From IMG/VR virus record IMGVR_UViG_3300031519_000146, positions 1 to 30,116 of that record: a DNA stretch of 30,116 nt; one strand, written 5' to 3'. Under the pieces are notes generated by a model. That model searched no databases. It saw only the letters and a program-made list of their open reading frames with translations, and had not been told where the DNA came from. The stretch is from a virus (taxonomy: Duplodnaviria > Caudoviricetes). Below are positions 1 through 7,567 of the stretch, in pieces (position 1 is the stretch's first letter; each line of letters opens with the position of its first letter). The translations under genes and the position numbers were made by a program.

Positions 1-2367
1 CTCTTTCCACTCGACAACAAACATCGTTACAGGATCTTGATACGCAGGTATCTGTTCGTGTGCGTAGAAACTTACGATATAATCAGGTCCAATATATCCA
101 TAGATTTCTGCATCAGTGCCTGTGTAACTACCTGTACTCGTTACAGGAGTAGTCCAAGAAGCATCTGCATACAACACACCAGTATTTCTACCTGTAATGA
201 ACAAGTAAACGTCAGATGTAGAAAGCGTCATACCTTCAAAACCATCAGACTTAGTAGTGCCGTCATTGTTTCTTACTTTGTATTGACCACCCGCCGGGTT
301 TGCACCAAAAGTTTTTATATATTTTTCTGGCAATGTGTGTCGATCAGCCGTCAAAGTAATCCCTACAGGATTCGTCACAGCGATTGCCTCACCACCAGCA
401 AAACTTCCGGTGGTAACAAAAGGTCTGATTTCTACTGTAGTTCCATCTGTAATTGCATGAACATGACTTCCCGCAGGAATGTTTGTGCCCGTAATAGAAC
501 CACCTATTAGAAACCCAGCGGTAGCAGTCACTTTAACTGTCAGACTATTACCTGCGTCTGCTAAGGCAGTTGTGTTTGCCACAGTCGATGGTACAACAGT
601 TGTTATCGGGTCTGCACAAGTTCCACCATCGTCTGACGCTTGTTTCCACGCACCATTCTGCAATCCGATAAAAGTATCCGAAAGTGATTTCTCACTTCTA
701 CCAATAGACATATCTTCAAAAAGTCGTGTTGCATCAGAACCGACTGCTGCTTCGTAGTTAAACCCTGAAGTCGAGGCACGCAAAGTGGTGCCTGGAATAT
801 CTGTCCAAGTATGATTATGATGAACCGTATTAAGAGATGCTCTCCAATGAACGATTGCTTCTCTGTTTAAACCCGCCTGGGTTACAGGATTACTAACGTT
901 AGCATCATAAGAGATGTTCGTAATCTTTGTAGGAATAACAATAGAGTGGTTGGTATCTACTCCGTTATCTGCAAGAGGTTGAATGCCCATAGAGAACAAG
1001 TATTGGAAATCAGCTCCATCTACTGCTTGGTGACCTGTTGAGTAACTCTTTTGCGATCCTAATTGTTTTATGTCAATATCCGTTTCTGTCCAAACTGCTT
1101 GACTGAACTCACGAATATACACGTCATTATTACTAATTGCTGTTGGTGTAGGTGTCAATGCACTCCATACTGGGTTTGCATCCAATTCGGATTGTTGATA
1201 TCCGTAAACTGCGCTACAACAGGGTAGGGATATCGTCTGGTTCATAGGAAGAACATTACGATTGTCGTGATAGTATTCGTGGATAACTACACGTTCACCA
1301 TTATGGAAAGTTCCAAAACGAACTCTTCCCGCACCATGCCATTGATGATCAATCCAATATTGATTGTTCTTTGCAAGATCTAATAACATGCCACTTGGAT
1401 TTAATCCGCCCTTAGCACCATTAACTAAATCTTTGTTGAAGGTTTCAATACCCAGAACAGTTGCAGTCGTAGCATCAGAACATGCGAGGAACGTATCTAC
1501 TTTTGCTCCAGAGTTAGAATTTCTTCGTTCTAGGTAAAGTACTCCATCAGGACCAACATGAAACATAAATCCGTTCTTCGAATCAAAAACACCGAATCGT
1601 CTACTCGCTCCATTATTAGTAGGAGCATTAACTGTTCCAGCATCACTAAACAAACAAGTACCCATGAATAGATGAGAAGATCCTGCCACGTATGAGTGAT
1701 ATGTTTTTGCTGTTGCCGTAGCGATATCCGAGGGGTTTTTAACTGCAACATCTACATAACGCCCAGTTTCATTAAAGGTCACGTAGGAGGTCTCACTTCC
1801 GTAAATCGCACTAGCACCCGCTTGAGCCGCTACTGTAGAAAAATTATTATCAAGAACTTCCTTAGCAGAAAATACATAGTCACCTAAAAGAGTTGCGCCA
1901 GATGTTCGCAACTTACCCCATGCGTCTAACTGTGGTTGCCCTTCAGCAAATCGTACATTAGCAGATCCGAGAACGTCAATATCAAGACCATGTTCTGGGT
2001 TATCGTAACCCATAATGTTTTGAGTAGGAATGTACACGTCATTTGCCGAAACGACTTGGCCCACAGTAATACCGTCTAGCGAAATAAGAGAATCGGCAGT
2101 AGGTTCAATATTTTCAAATTTATTAGCTTTGCTGTAGTGAACTGACAGAATACCTGTTCCATTTTTTCTATCATACACACCATGAATGTGTACTAGACCA
2201 AAACCTGCAACTGTATACCTCTCTCCAATTTCCCAAGTATGAGGACCATAGAGTGACCCTGCATCTTCACCACCATTAGAAAACGCAATCTCGGCAGCAT
2301 GTATCATGTATATACGGTCGCCAGTACTCTCCGGTGGTATTCTAGTATATCTCTTTTCTCCGCTCAT
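1..2367 (-). CDS. Large beta-rich putative virion/appendage protein, >=789 aa, 3'-partial (runs off the left edge); absent from the supplied ORF track
   Basis: ATG at 2367-2365 overlaps the TGA of the 191-aa ORF (ATGA) and is preceded by AAGGA. Manual translation is open to base 1: MSGEKRYTRIPPESTGDRIYMIH...QLDAWGKLRTSG...RRFGVFDSKNGFMF...YWIDHQWHGAGRVRFG...MFVVEWKE. The protein is Gly/Thr/Ser-rich, as expected for a structural protein. Confidence 0.85.
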   Translation of the reverse strand, partial: MSGEKRYTRIPPESTGDRIYMIHAAEIAFSNGGEDAGSLYGPHTWEIGERYTVAGFGLVHIHGVYDRKNGTGILSVHYSKANKFENIEPTADSLISLDGITVGQVVSANDVYIPTQNIMGYDNPEHGLDIDVLGSANVRFAEGQPQLDAWGKLRTSGATLLGDYVFSAKEVLDNNFSTVAAQAGASAIYGSETSYVTFNETGRYVDVAVKNPSDIATATAKTYHSYVAGSSHLFMGTCLFSDAGTVNAPTNNGASRRFGVFDSKNGFMFHVGPDGVLYLERRNSNSGAKVDTFLACSDATTATVLGIETFNKDLVNGAKGGLNPSGMLLDLAKNNQYWIDHQWHGAGRVRFGTFHNGERVVIHEYYHDNRNVLPMNQTISLPCCSAVYGYQQSELDANPVWSALTPTPTAISNNDVYIREFSQAVWTETDIDIKQLGSQKSYSTGHQAVDGADFQYLFSMGIQPLADNGVDTNHSIVIPTKITNISYDANVSNPVTQAGLNREAIVHWRASLNTVHHNHTWTDIPGTTLRASTSGFNYEAAVGSDATRLFEDMSIGRSEKSLSDTFIGLQNGAWKQASDDGGTCADPITTVVPSTVANTTALADAGNSLTVKVTATAGFLIGGSITGTNIPAGSHVHAITDGTTVEIRPFVTTGSFAGGEAIAVTNPVGITLTADRHTLPEKYIKTFGANPAGGQYKVRNNDGTTKSDGFEGMTLSTSDVYLFITGRNTGVLYADASWTTPVTSTGSYTGTDAEIYGYIGPDYIVSFYAHEQIPAYQDPVTMFVVEWKE

Positions 2368-2939
2368 AATTTAATTCCTTCCTTACTTAGTAGGTCTTTG
2401 AGTTTCCTTATCAGTTCGGAATCCTCGGATATATCTTCGCCCTTGCTCAGGTCTATCGTTTCGTTGTGCACAGCGGTTCTTAAAGGAACAACTTTAGGCG
2501 GCTGTGGAAAATTTACTTGATTCTTTTTAGTCTTTGAACTTCTAACTTCTATTCTTTTCGAACCTTGGTCGACTATTACTTTCCAAGTCTCTCCATACTT
2601 AGAGAAATCAGGCTCTATTGAATTCAACAGAACTATATTATAAATATTTTTCTGTCGATCACTTAATTCTTTGTATATATCTTCATCAGAAATACCCATA
2701 TTAGTTTTAACCTTAATTTCAGTACAAGTAGTATGTATGAAATCAAAGTCCACTTCAGGAATTATTCTGGTAATTTTATCACGCCCTACAAATATATCCC
2801 AAACATCGGAAAAACCTTCCCACGTATCCGTGGGAAGTAGAGCTTTTTCAACATCGTCTAGAAGAACCTGATGTTCTTCTGTGTGGGTACTATTTTGTTT
2901 TCTGTAGCAAGCGTATCTTATCTTTGATCTACTAAACAT
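2364..2939 (-). CDS. Hypothetical protein (191 aa), charged; possibly an assembly chaperone for the neighbouring proteins
   Basis: AAGGA ribosome-binding site before the ATG and ATGA coupling to the next gene; no family motif recognised. Confidence 0.7.
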   Translation of the reverse strand: MFSRSKIRYACYRKQNSTHTEEHQVLLDDVEKALLPTDTWEGFSDVWDIFVGRDKITRIIPEVDFDFIHTTCTEIKVKTNMGISDEDIYKELSDRQKNIYNIVLLNSIEPDFSKYGETWKVIVDQGSKRIEVRSSKTKKNQVNFPQPPKVVPLRTAVHNETIDLSKGEDISEDSELIRKLKDLLSKEGIKL

Positions 2940-2951
2940 GTTATCCTTATG

Positions 2952-2969
2952 GGCGGGGTTGCCCCCGCC
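2952..2969 (-). other. GC-rich RNA hairpin with a GNRA tetraloop (GGCGGGG-GCAA-CCCCGCC) between the 652-aa and 191-aa genes
   Basis: Perfect 7-bp GC stem in an AT-rich context. No U-tract follows on the minus strand; the next RBS starts directly after it. Confidence 0.65.
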
Positions 2970-2983
2970 TGGTTATTTAAGGT

Positions 2984-4942
2984 TTATGGGAAAGTTGTGC
3001 CTTGACTATAGTTTCTTTCAAGTGCAGACGTTAGTGTTACTGATGAGGTCTTGTCCCTCTTAATAGTTCCAGTAGCTCGTACCCACTGACTCTTTTCTAG
3101 ACCGATACCAATAACCGTTACAGGAGCATCAGTACCACCAGTACCGCCGCCACGTTGAACGTTAGTATCATAATCGAACTGGTGTGCGACAAAGTTTCTT
3201 TCATTCGGGGTATTGGTCGGATTAACAAGTCCGGTCATATCTCCTGGGCTAGGGTCAACGTGATCTACTAGAACTGCGTTGATTTCTCCATAATTTTCAT
3301 TAGCACCACCAGAGGTAGTAAAGAACACATAGTACTTAGAGTAAGGATCTTGCTTCAAGTTATCCCCAAAGTTAATTGTAAACAATGCAACGAAGTTAAA
3401 CTCTCGTACCGTCCCAGAATAGTCAGTAAACTGAATCGAGTTGGTATCACCACTAGCGAAAGAATCAATGTATACGCCTGTTGAGGTTAACAGAGTAGGA
3501 CCAACGAAAGTTAAAAGCTTATCAGCAGTCTTACCGATTACAACTCCTGGAGCCGCTGTGTCAATATCTGTTGCTTTTCTTAGCTGTGCCTGTACAAATT
3601 CGTAAGTATAGAAAGTACTGGCGTCACCATCATTAGCATTTGCAGTGCCTGTATCAGCATCAATAGCTACGTTGAAAGCATACCAGTTATCTGTATTAAT
3701 CTCTCTTTCAAAAGTGTACGAAGAATAACTTACGTTACCATCAGAACCACCCGCTAAGTCTGTAGCATCTCCTGTAGAAGTTCCTGCTGCAGTAACAATA
3801 AACCATCGAGCCGGAGTATTAGTGTCTTGTACAACGTCGCCGATAATGTAAGCAGTTCCTGTACCCCACACTCCTTTAATATCTGATAAAGTAACACGAG
3901 CATCTCCGCTGTCTCTAGAATAAGTGATATTCATAGCACCGTAAAGGTCTAATTGTACAGCAGCGGTACTGGTAGCACCTGATTCAGAACCTGCTACAGT
4001 AAACGAAGTCGTAGTAGGAGCACCTGTTACTACTAAGGAAGCTCCATTATACCCCGCAGTAGTTGAGCCAGTAATTGTCACAACATCATCTGTGACTAAC
4101 CCGTGGACTGTAGTACCAGTAGTATAAGTCTGAACCGTACCCGTACCAGTGATGGCTGTAATAAAGGCAGCAGTATTGTTAATCACTTCTTCTGCGTGAG
4201 TTACATTCAAATCGGCTGCATTAGTAAGCGGGAATCGATATGCTTGGAAAGTAGCGACAGTAACACCAATATCGGTAAAAGCTGCAACTCCATAAGTTTT
4301 CTTCCACTCTCGTACAAACATCTTGAAGTAAGTTTTCAGAGATAAGTCTGGAGAAGGAGCGACATCGAAAATTTGAACCGCCTGGTTAACCTTTCCTTTA
4401 AGAATAAAGTTAGTAGTATTATCAGTGGTTTCGTCATCTGCTTGCTGGTAATAAACTTGGTCAGTAGCCGCCAAAGATCCAAGAGAGATAACACCTGCCC
4501 ATTCTTCAGTAGTAGTACCCCCCACATTAACAACCTGCCACCCACCTGTACGTAGAAGTTCTATAGTGTCTGCCTCAATACCATCTGTTCCAGACGTTCT
4601 TGTGGGAGAAACAGCTTGGCCTCTATCCCAGTTCCAACCATTAATCATTTCAAACTGTTCGTCTGTAATTGGACCCATAGGGAAAGGGAATTTAATTAAG
4701 TCTACATCGTCTTTCCAAATATCTTTTAATTTAGAGTATACTGCTTTAATTGTTGCTCCATCATTAGTTAAGTTACTAGGAGAGGCGGATGACCCAACGT
4801 AAAGACCAATAAGTTTATTTACATAGTCAATTACGATTTCTTCTGTGGGAACACCGGCCCATGTAGCTGCAATATCCGTACTTTTTATATACGACATTTT
4901 GTCGGGGTCGACAATGGGATTTTCTGTATAGTTTGTGGCCAT
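2984..4942 (-). CDS. 652-aa beta-rich putative virion structural/appendage protein with inserted small beta modules
   Basis: RBS AAGGA; Thr/Gly/Asp-rich. Contains HGLVTDDVVTITGSTTAGYNG (a small beta module common in phage tail proteins) and WGTGTAYIIGDVV...WFIV (resembles a CBM5/12-type carbohydrate-binding motif). Confidence 0.7.
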   Translation of the reverse strand: MATNYTENPIVDPDKMSYIKSTDIAATWAGVPTEEIVIDYVNKLIGLYVGSSASPSNLTNDGATIKAVYSKLKDIWKDDVDLIKFPFPMGPITDEQFEMINGWNWDRGQAVSPTRTSGTDGIEADTIELLRTGGWQVVNVGGTTTEEWAGVISLGSLAATDQVYYQQADDETTDNTTNFILKGKVNQAVQIFDVAPSPDLSLKTYFKMFVREWKKTYGVAAFTDIGVTVATFQAYRFPLTNAADLNVTHAEEVINNTAAFITAITGTGTVQTYTTGTTVHGLVTDDVVTITGSTTAGYNGASLVVTGAPTTTSFTVAGSESGATSTAAVQLDLYGAMNITYSRDSGDARVTLSDIKGVWGTGTAYIIGDVVQDTNTPARWFIVTAAGTSTGDATDLAGGSDGNVSYSSYTFEREINTDNWYAFNVAIDADTGTANANDGDASTFYTYEFVQAQLRKATDIDTAAPGVVIGKTADKLLTFVGPTLLTSTGVYIDSFASGDTNSIQFTDYSGTVREFNFVALFTINFGDNLKQDPYSKYYVFFTTSGGANENYGEINAVLVDHVDPSPGDMTGLVNPTNTPNERNFVAHQFDYDTNVQRGGGTGGTDAPVTVIGIGLEKSQWVRATGTIKRDKTSSVTLTSALERNYSQGTTFP

Positions 4943-4982
4943 TATTAATTTCCTTTAATAAGCCTTGCCCAAAAGGGCTAGT

Positions 4983-6623
4983 TTATTGAGAGCCAAAGTC
5001 ATATTGCCTATCAAAAGTTTGTGCGATCTGAAAAGTGTTATTCGTTGAGCCTAGGGTTACATTTTGCCTAAAAAACTCGTATTCGAGATTATGGCAAACT
5101 ACAAAGATAGGTTTATCTACAGAATAACTATAGCTTAACTTCACGGTTCTATTGCCGGGGTTGTTAGCGTCTGCTTGAGAAGCGGATACTGTGTACCCCG
5201 TGGTTGAATCAGGAGCTGGTTCTGATGCTGCTAGTACATCTTCTATACCGCCCAAAGAAACTGGGGGACTAACAGCGGCATCAATAAATCTTATTTCTGT
5301 ACTAGGAATGATATTGGAAACTGTAAATTCTACTGTTTGCACAATGGTAGTACTTGCTCCAGCACCATTTCGTACTGTTATTCCAGAGCTAATTCCGCTA
5401 ACATTTAGCGTTACGGCTCCTCCTGAATTATTATAGATAGAGGCATCATTGCTAGCATCGGCCCCATATCCTGTAAAAACATTTCCTACAAAACTATAAG
5501 TTCCTGCAGCAGTAATCTCTATCGCGTGGCCCACTCCTCCTGTGTTATTGAACGTGCTATTAGATATGTTACCTGGGTTATTAGAGGTAACGTAAGCTAC
5601 TCCAGAAGTTGTGTTAGGAGAAACTACTGAGATATCAGATAGAGTAGAGGTATTCTGTAGTAAAGAATTCCCATTAATAAACGTGGTTCCGGTCATTGTG
5701 CTGTTTGTATTTAAGGTAATAATATCGGAACCCACATAAGTACCACTAGTATCATCAAAGTTTCCAGTGGCGGAATCTATCGTTAAAGACCATCTTCCCG
5801 TAGTAGTATTAGCAGCCTGAATATTGGCTAGGGAGAACTGACAATCCGTATTTGCTCCTCTCACCGCTATTTCGTAATGACCAGTAGCGACTTTTTCATC
5901 TGCGAAGTTGACTGCAAAAGCCGAATCAACAAAAACAGAAGTAGCTGTACCAGTAGCGGGGCCAATGAAAGCTTTTCCTTTTCCTACGAAAGCACCGTTA
6001 CTAGAACTCCACCAACCCCAGAAATTAGTATCTTCGTCTGCGGCTCTTATTGTTTCCCAAGTATTTGGGGTTCCGGTAGAGCCTCCGTCAGCTCTAACAC
6101 CTAATCCGACAGTTATTTGGTCTACCTGGCAGTTGTTAAAGTTACCCATGATAGAAGTAATAGTAGTAAACTGAAATCCTATCGTATTTACAGCTGATAA
6201 CTGAGCAGGGTTACCCGTAGTAGTAAAACCAGAGGCCGCATCAGCAGTTCTAGCGGGATTCATACATCGAGTAACGAAACCGCCTTTATAGAAACTAGCA
6301 GGAATCGCATTATAAACTACAAAACTATTTGTTTGGGCTATGTAAACTTGTATCCCCGTAGTAGCATCAACAGGAGTTCTAGTGTTTACCCACCCAATCA
6401 CATGATAACCTTCCTCCGTCCCCCCAACAGAAAAGTCTACAGCTCCTCCAGTTAAATTATCAGAAGCTAAAATTTCAGTGGTATTAGACATTTTGTCGCC
6501 TATAGCACCAGTACCCTGCACAAAATCATCATCAGTACTGATGTTTGATCCACCATTTACACCACTGAAGTCGTTTTCAACATCCGCATTTGTAACTACT
6601 CTGCCTACAAGTGTAATAGCCAT
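4983..6623 (-). CDS. 546-aa putative virion protein: N-terminal beta-sandwich, central right-handed beta-helix-like region, C-terminal Ig-like domain
   Basis: Asn/Ser/Thr-rich periodic segment (NISNSTFNN..GHAIEITAAGTYSFVGNVFTGY..IYNNSGGAVTLNV) resembles pectin-lyase-like beta-helices. Its start codon directly follows the upstream stop (TAAATG). Confidence 0.65.
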   Translation of the reverse strand: MAITLVGRVVTNADVENDFSGVNGGSNISTDDDFVQGTGAIGDKMSNTTEILASDNLTGGAVDFSVGGTEEGYHVIGWVNTRTPVDATTGIQVYIAQTNSFVVYNAIPASFYKGGFVTRCMNPARTADAASGFTTTGNPAQLSAVNTIGFQFTTITSIMGNFNNCQVDQITVGLGVRADGGSTGTPNTWETIRAADEDTNFWGWWSSSNGAFVGKGKAFIGPATGTATSVFVDSAFAVNFADEKVATGHYEIAVRGANTDCQFSLANIQAANTTTGRWSLTIDSATGNFDDTSGTYVGSDIITLNTNSTMTGTTFINGNSLLQNTSTLSDISVVSPNTTSGVAYVTSNNPGNISNSTFNNTGGVGHAIEITAAGTYSFVGNVFTGYGADASNDASIYNNSGGAVTLNVSGISSGITVRNGAGASTTIVQTVEFTVSNIIPSTEIRFIDAAVSPPVSLGGIEDVLAASEPAPDSTTGYTVSASQADANNPGNRTVKLSYSYSVDKPIFVVCHNLEYEFFRQNVTLGSTNNTFQIAQTFDRQYDFGSQ

Positions 6624-7073
6624 TTATAACCCCTGTAGTATTTTATACCTGTGTGCAAGTATCGTAGTCGCTGCATGAATAGAATGTAAAGCTCCGAGAC
6701 CCTCTTGCGGAATGTAAACTTTAGTAGAGCCGGAAATTTGTGTAGTATGCCACCCACCAGCAGGACCAAAGATGTACCAGTCCGCGGTATGGTTATAATC
6801 CCAAACACTTGTTTTAGAGTCGTCAGGGTAATCCCAAGGACATACAATTTGAGCAATTGAGCCAGTCATCAAGTCCGTAGCTGCCGTAAGGCTCGTTACT
6901 ACAGTGCTGGAAAAAGCTCTATTAATACCTTCAGGGGTAGACTCAGATAAATTAATAATTATAACATCCGTGAAGCCGCTGGAAGCTACTAGAGAGTAGT
7001 TCCAGGCATCGTTCTTCTTGCCGGACCAAACGTCCGTATCCGAATCTTCATAATAAAAAACAATGCCTGTCAT
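6624..7073 (-). CDS. SPOUT-fold (TrmL/TrmH-like) SAM-dependent methyltransferase-like protein, 149 aa
   Basis: Colinear resemblance to TrmL: MTGIVFY (beta1), ASSGFTDVIII, WYIFGPAGGW (cf. LMFGPETRGL) and KVYIPQEGLGALHSIHAATTILAH (cf. KIRIPM..SMNLSNAVSVVVYE). The size fits a minimal SPOUT domain. Confidence 0.65.
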   Translation of the reverse strand: MTGIVFYYEDSDTDVWSGKKNDAWNYSLVASSGFTDVIIINLSESTPEGINRAFSSTVVTSLTAATDLMTGSIAQIVCPWDYPDDSKTSVWDYNHTADWYIFGPAGGWHTTQISGSTKVYIPQEGLGALHSIHAATTILAHRYKILQGL

Positions 7074-7441
7074 TATGCTATACTACGAGTAACATCTTTC
7101 ACTACTTTTACCTTCCCAATTAAAAGAGTCTGAACTTTCCCAGACCCATCAACTTGTTGAACATCGTAGTTGAAAGTGCCTGGAGTTACTAACTCAGTTG
7201 CGGTTTTACTAGCTGTGATATAAACTATGCCTTGCGAAGCTTCTGTAGGACTAGTAGATATATCAGGGGTAATAGAAACTTGTAATGCCCCTGGATCAGC
7301 ATCATCTATATTATCTTTTAAAGTAAACCAGTATGTAAACCCTGTAATATTTAGAGCTGACCCTGAATCGCTTAAAGTAAGTTTTATGGTCCAATCATCC
7401 CCTCTTACAAGGGGTGATAGGTCTCTGGCCTGATACGACAT
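7073..7441 (-). CDS. BppU N-terminal-like Ig-fold adaptor / baseplate-attachment protein (122 aa)
   Basis: Motifs LVRGDDWTIKLTL..G.ALNITG, GIVYI..., and PGTFNYDVQ..D.SG.V.TLL.GKV.V..DVTR are characteristic of this small phage protein family. Confidence 0.7.
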   Translation of the reverse strand: MSYQARDLSPLVRGDDWTIKLTLSDSGSALNITGFTYWFTLKDNIDDADPGALQVSITPDISTSPTEASQGIVYITASKTATELVTPGTFNYDVQQVDGSGKVQTLLIGKVKVVKDVTRSIA

Positions 7442-7498
7442 AGCAATTGATTTCCGGAAAATACTTGTCTCTAGATACGAAACTATAAGAATATGAAA

Positions 7499-7527
7499 AT
7501 TATATCAACAGAATAGAAGAAAGTCAA
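7499..7527 (-). promoter_or_regulatory. Strong sigma70-type promoter driving the BppU-SPOUT-beta-protein cassette
   Basis: Minus strand reads AAAAAATAATTC-TTGACT(7527-7522)-17 nt-TATAAT(7504-7499), with a TG extended -10 and an A-rich UP-like tract. It lies in the only sizeable intergenic gap (7442-7567). Confidence 0.85.
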
Positions 7528-7567
7528 GAATTATTTTTTGCAAGGTTATATTTTTCATATAATGTTC

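Noticed and set aside
2952-2969. Hairpin as a classical rho-independent terminator
   Set aside because: No U-tract follows on the coding strand; it is kept only as a structural element.
7538-7563. Plus-strand TTGCAA...TATAAT antisense promoter
   Set aside because: The spacer is only 14 nt, and the match is likely chance in an AT-rich gap.
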